Sequence record: OP595145.1
Length of the DNA stretch: 64,000 bases
Origin: Escherichia phage vB_EcoM_DE16
Direction: 5' to 3' (one strand)
Part shown: positions 56,856-64,000 of the stretch, one piece after another
How the letters are laid out: each line of letters opens with the position of its first letter
Position numbering within the stretch: position 1 is the stretch's first letter
Translations under genes and position numbers: made by a program
The notes under the pieces: generated by a model
What the model saw: the letters and a program-made list of their open reading frames with translations, nothing else
What the model was told of the DNA's origin: nothing
Databases searched by the model: none

Positions 56856-57065
56856 TACGTTCATCAAGTGTGGTAAGAGGGTCGTTGACTTTTGTTAAGA
56901 TGGGCTTGCACTGCGGTAGTGTTAGAGACTACTTCTTCAGAGGTTAGCTACCAAAGAGGAAAAGGAATAGTCTCGGCTCAAGAACTTTTACGCTGAAAGT
57001 TGGGCTTGGTCTTAGAGAATGTAGCGGTTCTCTACAATCGTCAGCGTCTCTGTTACCACATTTAT

Positions 57066-57140
57066 GGCCCTGTAGCTCAATGGGAGAGCTGTCGGCTCAT
57101 AACCGATAGGTAGCTGGATCGAAACCAGCCAGGGCCACCA
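57066..57140 (+). tRNA. tRNA-Met/Ile2 (anticodon CAT)
   Basis: full cloverleaf: acceptor GGCCCTG/CAGGGCC, loop CTCATAA, encoded CCA; resembles lysidine-type Ile tRNA. Confidence 0.8.
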
Positions 57141-57142
57141 AC

Positions 57143-57217
57143 GTCTTTATGGTGTAATGGATAGCACAGGAGTCTTCTAAACTCTTAGTCAAGGTTCGAT
57201 TCCTTGTAAAGACACCA
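57143..57217 (+). tRNA. tRNA-Arg (anticodon TCT)
   Basis: acceptor GTCTTTA/TAAAGAC, anticodon loop CTTCTAA, T-loop TTCGATT, CCA. Confidence 0.8.
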
Positions 57218-57414
57218 GAATATTTTAACATGAATTAGCTCAAGTGATTTGAACCCCACTACTGATCATGGTGGCAGAGAATGAGGCAAGTATGTCAGAC
57301 ATTATAAACAAAGGCCACGGTTATATTAGAAGACATAGACGCTCGAAGAGCACCGTTCGTGGAGAACGGGGGTTGGTGGAGTCACCATTCATGGTAAAAT
57401 GTTTTAAAAAACTA

Positions 57415-57444
57415 TTGACAACAAACATTATTTTATGTTAGATT
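57415..57444 (+). promoter_or_regulatory. promoter AACTATTGACA-N18-TAGATT
   Basis: same conserved -35 context as 56826 and 58570. Confidence 0.45.
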
Positions 57445-57452
57445 ATAAGTAT

Positions 57453-57543
57453 GGAAGGGCAAATCGACGTGGCGACGAAAACGGTCTTGAAAACCGCCGA
57501 GCTTGAAAGAGCCTTGGGAGTTCGACTCTCCCTCCTTCCGCCA
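57453..57543 (+). tRNA. tRNA-Ser (anticodon TGA), type II
   Basis: acceptor GGAAGGG/TCCTTCC, loop CTTGAAA, long variable arm, T-loop TTCGACT, CCA. Confidence 0.7.
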
Positions 57544-57548
57544 GATTA

Positions 57549-57634
57549 GGTAGATTGGTGAAATGGTAGCCACAACAGTTTGCTAAACTGTAGTCGGAAA
57601 CGGCGTGTAGGTTCGAGTCCTACATCTACCGCCA
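57549..57634 (+). tRNA. tRNA-Ser (anticodon GCT), type II
   Basis: acceptor GGTAGAT/ATCTACC, loop TTGCTAA, long variable arm, CCA. Confidence 0.75.
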
Positions 57635-57764
57635 AGTTCTTTTTAATATAGCTTACTTTAATAGAGTAAACTTTCGGCAGATGGCCTCCACCATCTTACC
57701 GATACTTCATAGTTAGTGGTGCGAACACTGGCTATTTTAAAAAGAATTTAAATACTAGCATTTA

Positions 57765-57852
57765 GGTGAGTTAATTCCGTAGGGGTAGCGGGGCAGACTG
57801 TAAATCTGTTATCATTGCGATTCGGGTGGTTCGACTCCATCACTCACCACCA
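57765..57852 (+). tRNA. tRNA-Tyr (anticodon GTA), type II
   Basis: acceptor GGTGAGT/ACTCACC, anticodon arm GCAGA-CTGTAAA-TCTGT, CCA. Confidence 0.75.
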
Positions 57853-57858
57853 AATTAA

Positions 57859-57944
57859 GATGAGTTGGCTGAATGGTTTAAGCGGCGGACTGTTAATCCG
57901 TGTTCGAAAGAACGATATAGGTTCAAATCCTATACTCATCGCCA
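57859..57944 (+). tRNA. tRNA-Asn-like (anticodon GTT) with atypical 15-nt variable arm
   Basis: anticodon arm GCGGA-CTGTTAA-TCCGT matches Asn tRNAs, but GTTC-GAAA-GAAC hairpin inserted in variable region. Confidence 0.5.
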
Positions 57945-57951
57945 GAATTAT

Positions 57952-58028
57952 GGACTTGTAGAGTTAAGGTAAACCCCCAGTCGCCAAGAGGCTTCTGGAA
58001 TTGCAGGTATCGAATCCTGCCGAGTCCC
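57952..58028 (+). other. degenerate tRNA-like element
   Basis: 7-bp acceptor pairing and T-arm GCAGG ... CCTGC with 8-nt loop, but no canonical anticodon arm. Confidence 0.3.
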
Positions 58029-58034
58029 AGCTTT

Positions 58035-58109
58035 GCTCCTATAGTATAATGGCTATTACAACGGTTTTGTAATCCGTGGATCTCTGTTCGATTCAGAGTG
58101 GGAGCACCA
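58035..58109 (+). tRNA. tRNA-Thr (anticodon TGT)
   Basis: acceptor GCTCCTA/TGGGAGC, loop TTTGTAA, T-arm CTCTG-TTCGATT-CAGAG, CCA. Confidence 0.75.
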
Positions 58110-58569
58110 ACATAACAGGTAAGAACATTTAGGCTACTGAGAAATCATCCGAGGCAATCAGACCTATCTTCTGTTAAGTGTTCTTATCGTTGTGAAGAAA
58201 GCAAACTTATTGAATGTAAGCGGACGAAAGACATTCACTAACCTGTAGTAAGGTCGAGCCAAAGCGCGGTAATGAGTTCCGAGGTTAGTATTCACAACAC
58301 AACATTAAGAGCACTGTGATTGATCGTCGTATCCTGTGCACAAGGTCTGCTCGAAAGACAGTGTTCTTAGTATTGTGTTGATCACAAAAAGAGTTACCTG
58401 AAACTTGACCGGAGTAGGGTTGGATGGGGCAAAAGAAGAAGCGGCTCTCCCATCGACAGCAACGAAGAATAATATTTGACTTTGGTTTTGTATTATTTTA
58501 AGTTAGCTTACCGAACGTAGGGCTAGTCACCCAATGGGATACTCGTCACTGTCCCACTCAATAAAACTA

Positions 58570-58599
58570 TTGACAACCAATAGTAAAATGTAGTATAGT
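58570..58599 (+). promoter_or_regulatory. promoter AACTATTGACA-N18-TATAGT
   Basis: perfect -35 and 5/6 -10, just upstream of tRNA-Gly. Confidence 0.55.
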
Positions 58600-58610
58600 A
58601 AAGATGTAGG

Positions 58611-58684
58611 GCGTTCTTGGTGTAGCGGTAGCATTCCGTCCTTCCAAGTCGGCGGCACGAGTTCGATCCTCGTAGAACGCTCCA
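58611..58684 (+). tRNA. tRNA-Gly (anticodon TCC)
   Basis: acceptor GCGTTCT/AGAACGC, loop CTTCCAA, T-arm ACGAG-TTCGATC-CTCGT, CCA. Confidence 0.7.
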
Positions 58685-58782
58685 AATTATTTAATAAAGG
58701 GTTGCCAGAAAACTTTCTCTTTTACTCATGGTTTTCTCCTTCTCTCACACCTCTTCTGGTTGCCCTTCATTAAATGATTTAT

Positions 58783-58858
58783 TGGTTTGTAGTGTAGTCA
58801 GGTAGCACACGACACTTTGACTGTCGTAGGTTTGGTTCAAATCCAGACAGACCAGCCA
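58783..58858 (+). tRNA. tRNA-Gln (anticodon TTG)
   Basis: U1-A72 acceptor TGGTTTG/CAGACCA, anticodon arm CGACA-CTTTGAC-TGTCG, discriminator G, CCA. Confidence 0.8.
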
Positions 58859-58863
58859 TATAA

Positions 58864-58940
58864 CGGAATTTAGCTCAGTTTGGTAGAGTGTACGCTTTGG
58901 GAGCGTATTGTCGCAGGTTCGAATCCTGCAATTCCGACCA
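58864..58940 (+). tRNA. tRNA-Pro (anticodon TGG)
   Basis: acceptor CGGAATT/AATTCCG, anticodon arm TACGC-TTTGGGA-GCGTA, CCA. Confidence 0.8.
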
Positions 58941-58946
58941 ATTAAA

Positions 58947-59020
58947 TGTTTCGTAGTTCAATGGTAGAACCCACGACTGATAATCGTGAGACACAAGTTC
59001 GATTCTTGTCGAAACAACCA
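58947..59020 (+). tRNA. tRNA-Ile (anticodon GAT)
   Basis: acceptor TGTTTCG/CGAAACA, D-stem GTTC/GAAC, anticodon arm CACGA-CTGATAA-TCGTG, CCA. Confidence 0.75.
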
Positions 59021-59022
59021 GT

Positions 59023-59092
59023 TTCCCGTTAGACTTACAGGATAAGAGTTCCACAGCTTATTGTGATGCTGGTTCGAATCCAGCACGGGATA
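59023..59092 (+). other. degenerate tRNA-like element
   Basis: canonical T-arm GCTGG-TTCGAAT-CCAGC and acceptor pairing but no canonical anticodon arm; too short for full cloverleaf. Confidence 0.3.
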
Positions 59093-59098
59093 CCTAAT

Positions 59099-59177
59099 AG
59101 CGGGATAGAGGAGTCTGGTCGTCCTCGCCAGTTTCATATGCTGGAGATCATTGGTTCAAATCCAATTCCCGCCTCCA
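59099..59177 (+). tRNA. tRNA-Met (anticodon CAT), 1-72 mismatch
   Basis: D-stem GAGG/CCTC, anticodon arm CCAGT-TTCATAT-GCTGG, T-arm ATTGG-TTCAAAT-CCAAT, CCA; A1 opposite C72. Confidence 0.65.
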
Positions 59178-59292
59178 AATATCGCTTGCCAGCGGTATCT
59201 TTGAAGACCTTGCCTGGTTCCTTCTAAGATGGAGGGGTGCGACTCCTTAACGCACAATTATAATAAAGCATTTCAAATTAACAGTATTTATT

Positions 59293-59316
59293 AGCCTCCT
59301 TATTGGAGGCTTTTTG
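59293..59316 (+). terminator. Rho-independent terminator (AGCCTCC-TTAT-GGAGGCT-TTTTT)
   Basis: perfect 7-bp stem plus T run after tRNA array. Confidence 0.75.
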
Positions 59317-59334
59317 CTATCTATTGAATAAAAC

Positions 59335-59363
59335 TTGACTTATTATTTTTTATATGTTAAGAT
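59335..59363 (+). promoter_or_regulatory. sigma70-like promoter (TTGACT, 17 nt, TAAGAT)
   Basis: upstream of 59385 gene. Confidence 0.45.
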
Positions 59364-59384
59364 AAAGTTTAGGAGGATTTTATT

Positions 59385-59681
59385 ATGCCTAAACTAAAAC
59401 GTGGTCGTGGAAGACCAACAGCCGAAATGCAACAGATTTACGCAATGGATGCGGCGCAAGCAAGTGTAAAAGAATTATTTGCAGAGCATTATTTAGAAGC
59501 TATGCGGTATATTGTTGAACTTGTTAATGATAAGGATGCAGCAAAACCTCTCCGCTTCCAAGCAGCTAAAGCTATTAAAGAGCAAGTAGAAGAATGGTTA
59601 GAAGAACATTATGAAGCTATGGAAGAAGAAACCCCTGCCGTGCAGAATACAGATGACGTTCCTAAAAAGATCGTAATCTAA
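59385..59681 (+). CDS. hypothetical protein with N-terminal RGRGRP basic motif (98 aa); possible DNA-binding
   Basis: strong SD AGGAGG; KRGRGRPT AT-hook-like segment. Confidence 0.55.
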   Translation: MPKLKRGRGRPTAEMQQIYAMDAAQASVKELFAEHYLEAMRYIVELVNDKDAAKPLRFQAAKAIKEQVEEWLEEHYEAMEEETPAVQNTDDVPKKIVI

Positions 59682-59728
59682 TCCCTCTCCTCTCTTGGGG
59701 CTTTGCCCCTCCTCCTTGTTATTTTTAA

Positions 59729-59760
59729 CACCCCTCTCCGAAAGGTTAGGGGCTTTTTTA
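59729..59760 (+). terminator. terminator-like hairpin (CCCCT ... AGGGG + TTTTTT)
   Basis: GC stem followed by T6. Confidence 0.5.
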
Positions 59761-59821
59761 TTTTTAATGCTTGCAATTGTATATCATTTTATGATAAGAT
59801 CAGATATGAGGAGGATAAAAT

Positions 59822-59992
59822 ATGCGCAATTTTGTAGTTAAAAATGATTTTAACCGTTCTTCTTATCATAAAGATAAAAAGAATGATTACACACGGGCTT
59901 GGAACTTGGAGGAAGAACTTTATGATGACAGAGAAGACGTGGGAAGAGATCCTAGCGGAGGCTCAACCGATGGAAGTGAAGAAGATAGTTAA
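59822..59992 (+). CDS. small acidic protein (56 aa, below ORF-track cutoff)
   Basis: ATG preceded by GAGGAGG at ideal spacing. Confidence 0.45.
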   Translation: MRNFVVKNDFNRSSYHKDKKNDYTRAWNLEEELYDDREDVGRDPSGGSTDGSEEDS

Positions 59993-60059
59993 CAACGCCC
60001 CTTCTCTTCCTAAAATAAAATTTTATGAGGAAGTAGAAGATAATGAATCTAAAGACTAA
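59922..60059 (+). CDS. small protein (45 aa), alternative-frame ORF
   Basis: ATGATG after GGAGGAAG; overlaps the 59822 ORF in another frame. Confidence 0.3.
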   Translation: MMTEKTWEEILAEAQPMEVKKIVNNAPSLPKIKFYEEVEDNESKD

Positions 60060-60435
60060 AACTGTATTAGGTTTTGTTTTAATTGTCGTTCTTATTCTTG
60101 CTGGAATGTTTGCTTATAACAAGATATATGAGTCTGGCTACAAAGATGGTGTTGCCTATCAAACGCAATTGTATCAAGCAGCCCAAGCAAAAGCAAAACA
60201 AGATTTTGATGTTCTTCAAAAAAGAGCAGATGAAGAAAGAGCATTATTAAATACTCAAATAAACAACTTGTCTAAAAACAATGCACAATTAAAAGCAGAT
60301 TTAGAGAAGAAGAAACAAACGATCAATGAGGATACAACGAATTATGCAAAAACTAATTCTGGTAGTATGTCTTGCTTTGCCCCTAATGATGACGGGTTGT
60401 TCATCATCAACAAAAGTTTCCCCAGTTCTTATTGA
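60043..60435 (+). CDS. i-spanin-like protein (N-terminal TM helix plus coiled-coil)
   Basis: VLGFVLIVVLILAGMFAY helix then Q/K/A-rich coiled-coil; overlapped by lipoprotein ORF. Confidence 0.55.
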   Translation: MNLKTKTVLGFVLIVVLILAGMFAYNKIYESGYKDGVAYQTQLYQAAQAKAKQDFDVLQKRADEERALLNTQINNLSKNNAQLKADLEKKKQTINEDTTNYAKTNSGSMSCFAPNDDGLFIINKSFPSSY

Positions 60436-60670
60436 TGAGTGTAAGGCTGTAGCCATAGAAAAGGTTAAAGGTCCAGATTCGGATTTGATGGATAAAGTAT
60501 CGACACCTGTGCCATACACTAAAAATCAAATTGCAAAAGGGGTTAGTAGATCTGAAGTTGTTAACAACCAAACTCAAAACAACGCTCTTTGGGAGCAAGA
60601 TAGACGAAAGGTTTTAGGTTTACAAACATATATTAAAACACTGCAAGAAAAAGGTATTATTGCTGAATAA
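60344..60670 (+). CDS. o-spanin-like outer-membrane lipoprotein
   Basis: MQKLILVVCLALPLMMTGC lipobox-type signal; begins inside i-spanin ORF in another frame. Confidence 0.55.
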   Translation: MQKLILVVCLALPLMMTGCSSSTKVSPVLIDECKAVAIEKVKGPDSDLMDKVSTPVPYTKNQIAKGVSRSEVVNNQTQNNALWEQDRRKVLGLQTYIKTLQEKGIIAE

Positions 60671-60679
60671 GGAGGGAAT

Positions 60680-62755
60680 GTGGCAAAGAAAAAGGCAGCA
60701 GGTAGTTTAGCTGGAGTAGATATTGAAGTAAAGGCTCAACCAGGTAAACAGACTCTTGCAATGGATTTAATGCCAGAAGTTATGATTTATGGTGGTGCCG
60801 CTGGATGTGTTTCTGCTGAAACGGAATATCTTACAAAAGATGGTTGGAGACAGATTAGTGAATATTCGGGAGAGGATATTTACCAATACAACCCTAAGAA
60901 TAAGCGTTTAGAATTGGTAACACCTTATTTTGTAGAATACGATTTAAATGGAGATAACCTATACAGAATAACAAATGGTGTAGGATTGTTCCAAGAACTT
61001 AGTATGGAACACCGTTTTGTATTCTATAAGAAAAAGAAATCAAAGAAACATTTCGAGATTCTTGTAGGAGATCTTATTGCATTACAGCAAATAGGAAAAC
61101 CACTGCAAGGTTATGTAGAAAATCCATTCGGTAAACGTGTTCCTTTTAACATACCTGGTAAAAAGAGCACTTACTTAAAAATACACGAGGTTATTTCAAC
61201 AGATGATAAGAAATATTGTTTTGAGACTCCAAGCAGTTATATTGTCTTTAGACGTGGCGATCACTGCTTCGTTACTGGGAATAGCGGCAAGTCTCGTCTG
61301 CTATTGCTGAAAGCTTTAAAATACGCCTACAAAGACCCTTTGTTTGGTGGAATACTTTTCCGTAAGAACACCACTGCTCACCGTAAACCAGGTGGTCTGT
61401 TTACAGAAGCAAAACGTTTGTATCTTCCTTTACAACCTCACGTAAAAGAAAGTACAATGGATATCATTTTTGAAGCCACTGGTGGCGGAACCCTCAAATT
61501 TGACCATTTGGAAAACGATAACGTAACCGCAGAAACAAACCATCAGGGTACACAGTATTCAATGGTAGGTTTTGACGAGTTAACCCACTTCACACAGTAT
61601 GAAATGCTCTATCTTCTGGGACGTATGCGTTCAGAGTCAGAAACAAGTTTCATGTTGTGCACATGTAACCCTGACGCAGATAGTTGGGTTTTGAATTGGG
61701 TGTTACCTTATCTTGATGAGGGTGGTTATCCTAGAGAAGATATGTGTGGTAAACAAAAATATTTCATCATTGTTAACGATGAACCTGTTTTTGCTGACAC
61801 ACCTGAAGAACTGAAAGAAAAATATCCAGAAAACTGTTTCATGGAAAACCCTAATACAGGGGAGACAGTTGTTATTGAACCACAAACTTTCGTATTTATT
61901 GGTGGGACAATATTTGATAACCCAGAACTCATTAGGCTTAACCCTAATTACTTAGCACAGCTTAAATCACAAACAGCGATCAAAAGAGCACAGCTTCTGG
62001 ACGGTTGTTGGTTTGCACGTATCCAGAAAGAATCTTTCTTTCAACGTGAATGGTTACATAAAATATCTTATAAAGATGTTCCTAACAATCTTAAACTAAT
62101 GCGAGCATGGGATAAAGCTGTTTCAGTTCCTACAGAAACTTATCGTTATCCAGACTATACAACATCTGTCAAAATGGGTAAAGACCAAGATGGTAATATC
62201 TACATCTTTGGCGACTATGATTATGATGCTGTGGATGAGAAAAGTAAAATTTTCGGAAGGTTTCGAAGACTACCTGGGGAAAGGGATAACCTGATTCTAA
62301 ATCAATGTAAGATTGATGGACCAGAAGTTACAGTAGTTCTTCCTAAAGACCCATCTGGTGCTGGGACAATAGAATATACAGAATCTGCAAAGAAACTTAT
62401 TCTAGAGGGTTTTGTTGTTAAACCAGATGCTATGCCAGGCAACAAGAAAAAGCTTCAGCGTTTTATGCCTTTTAGTAGTGCGTGTCAAAACGGTTTTGTT
62501 TATATTGTTGAAGATTCTTTCCCTAATGTGGAAACTCTAACCCACTTTTATAAAGAATTGGAATCTTTCAATGGTGAAAGATCTACAGCCACTATTAAAG
62601 ATGACATTCCCGATGCTGCTGCTTCTTGTTTTAATACTCTGTCAAAAGAGAATACTTTCAAGGCAGTAGCTATCCCTACAACAACAAATGCTCCTACAGG
62701 ATACAGTAGAATGAACAGTGGATTCCACCAACCGTATAGTGTCCGTAAAAGATAA
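60680..62755 (+). CDS. terminase large subunit, interrupted by in-frame mini-intein
   Basis: after intein removal Walker A GAAGSGKS; Walker B-like VGFDEL; 691 aa precursor next to portal-like gene. Confidence 0.7.
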   Translation: MAKKKAAGSLAGVDIEVKAQPGKQTLAMDLMPEVMIYGGAAGCVSAETEYLTKDGWRQISEYSGEDIYQYNPKNKRLELVTPYFVEYDLNGDNLYRITNGVGLFQELSMEHRFVFYKKKKSKKHFEILVGDLIALQQIGKPLQGYVENPFGKRVPFNIPGKKSTYLKIHEVISTDDKKYCFETPSSYIVFRRGDHCFVTGNSGKSRLLLLKALKYAYKDPLFGGILFRKNTTAHRKPGGLFTEAKRLYLPLQPHVKESTMDIIFEATGGGTLKFDHLENDNVTAETNHQGTQYSMVGFDELTHFTQYEMLYLLGRMRSESETSFMLCTCNPDADSWVLNWVLPYLDEGGYPREDMCGKQKYFIIVNDEPVFADTPEELKEKYPENCFMENPNTGETVVIEPQTFVFIGGTIFDNPELIRLNPNYLAQLKSQTAIKRAQLLDGCWFARIQKESFFQREWLHKISYKDVPNNLKLMRAWDKAVSVPTETYRYPDYTTSVKMGKDQDGNIYIFGDYDYDAVDEKSKIFGRFRRLPGERDNLILNQCKIDGPEVTVVLPKDPSGAGTIEYTESAKKLILEGFVVKPDAMPGNKKKLQRFMPFSSACQNGFVYIVEDSFPNVETLTHFYKELESFNGERSTATIKDDIPDAAASCFNTLSKENTFKAVAIPTTTNAPTGYSRMNSGFHQPYSVRKR
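60806..61282 (+). mobile_element. mini-intein (159 aa) inserted in terminase P-loop
   Basis: starts with Cys (CVSAETEYLTKDG), block-B-like SMEH ... VGDLIAL, ends with Asn followed by Ser (SGKS). Confidence 0.7.
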
Positions 62756-62758
62756 TTG

Positions 62759-62787
62759 TTGACAAAAGTCACTTTAAAGTGTATTAT
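62759..62787 (+). promoter_or_regulatory. sigma70-like promoter (TTGACA, 17 nt, TATTAT)
   Basis: perfect -35 and 5/6 -10 between terminase stop and next gene. Confidence 0.55.
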
Positions 62788-62855
62788 AACTAGATAGGTG
62801 AGGTTGTATATAATACAGCCTTGCCTTAACGATTTTATACCTGACTGGAGGAACA

Positions 62856-64000
62856 AGTGTCAACAGGAAAAAGAACGTACACTAAAAAGTCAGAATACTG
62901 GGACAAAGGTGCTGCAAATAAAGCTGCTCTCTCTCCAACAAAAGAAGCAGAGAAAGAGAAAACGTTACTCCTGTCACCTGAAATAGGAACGATCGGATTA
63001 AACTCAATCAAAGCATTTACGAATTTCATGCAACCCTATGAGACTCGTTTCCCAGAATGTATTCGAACTTTTAAAGAGATGGGTGAAGACCCTGATGTAG
63101 CTACTGCTCTTGATGCTACGTATATCTTTGTAGATAGAGCATTCTTTGATTTTAAGATAAAATACAATGTAAGCTCGGCAAAGTCAAGAAAAGCTGCTAA
63201 GTTTATTGATTATATGTTACGTAATATGCAAGCCCCTCTACGTCAATATGTTAGATCACTTTTGACATATAAGCAATACGGGTTTGCATTTGCAGAAAAA
63301 GTTTATGAGTTGGATGAAGATCCTAAGAGTCCTTACTTTGGGTATTGGCGATTAACTAAGCTGGCTTTTAGGCCACAAGATACTCTTCACATGGCTCAAC
63401 CTTTTACATATTCGGCAGACGGACGTTCTATCTTGTCTGTTAACCAGAATATCACCAATACAATGTTAGCACCAGGTAATACGACTTTAGAAACTGGTAT
63501 TAAAGAAATTCCTTTTAGTAAAGTTTTATTTGTCGGTAGCAACATTACAGAGAATAACCCACTAGGAGTTAGTCCGCTTTTAGCTGTATATCGTAGCTGG
63601 CGTGAAAAATCTCTTATTCAGGAATTTGAGGTTATTGGGGTATCTAAAGATTTAGGTGGTATGCCAGTTCTTAAGGTTCCAAGTGACATTCTAAACAGGG
63701 CATCTTTAGATCCTGCTGGGGATGAAGCACAATCTCTTCGAGTTCTCCAAGCCAACATCGCTAACCTTCACTCTGGTGAGCAAGCCTACATGGTATTGCC
63801 TTCAGACGTTTATGAAGGTACAGTGATGCGTCAATACGATCTTGTATTCCAAGGTGTTGATGGCACGGGTAAACAGTTTGACACTCAAGCACTAATCAAA
63901 CAACGTAAACTGGATATTTATAACCGCTTTGGTGCGGGTGTGTTGATTATGGGTGATGGTGATGCAGGAAGTTTTGCGCTTTCTGACAACAAACAAACAC
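62856..64000 (+). CDS. probable portal protein (5-prime partial, runs off window end)
   Basis: GTG after GGAGG; open frame to window end; position right after terminase. Confidence 0.45.

Noticed and set aside
57218-57414. Possible small basic ORF (~57 aa, MVAENEASMSDIINKGHGYIRRHRR...) or ncRNA between tRNA-Arg and the next promoter
   Set aside because: No SD before the ATG and the segment also contains strong hairpins (CCGTTC-GTGGA-GAACGG); cannot decide between leader RNA, ncRNA and a small protein from sequence alone.
1-64000. Assigning the segment to a named phage genus (T5-like or T4-like)
   Set aside because: The gene content is shared by several families of large virulent phages, and the lysozyme type and rml cluster do not obviously fit one; not decidable without a database search.

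Overview
This window reads as a segment of a large virulent dsDNA phage genome; no specific phage family is asserted. Layout: (1) 1-2100, a short gene flanked by two copies of one terminator, then a ~1.5 kb ORF-poor, repeat-rich region; (2) 2100-19600, ~55 small plus-strand genes with strong Shine-Dalgarno sites, including a six-member paralogous family and a serine recombinase; (3) 19670-55600, a minus-strand block with Sir2-like protein, two DNA methyltransferases, Ser/Thr phosphatase, HslV-like peptidase, PhoH, T4-type lysozyme, glutaredoxin, a complete dTDP-L-rhamnose pathway (rmlABCD), class I ribonucleotide reductase, ThyX, DEDD exonuclease, ATP-dependent ligase, and a three-gene RNA-repair-like cassette (kinase, ligase, phosphoesterase); (4) 55600-56090, a divergent intergenic region with GTAC repeats and an AT-rich palindromic core; (5) 57060-59180, a tRNA array (12 convincing tRNAs plus 2 degenerate tRNA-like elements) driven by repeated AACTATTGACA promoters; (6) 59380-64000, a spanin pair, a terminase large subunit whose P-loop is interrupted by a 159-aa mini-intein, and the start of a probable portal gene. 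The overlapping spanin pair suggests a Gram-negative host. The most interesting candidates are the intein, the split RNA-repair cassette beside the tRNA array, the phage-borne rhamnose pathway, the paralogous early family and a tandem triplet of small proteins sharing a C-terminal W-x-SSS-C motif. All calls come from reading the sequence and ORF translations; no database search was run, so many start codons were not individually checked.
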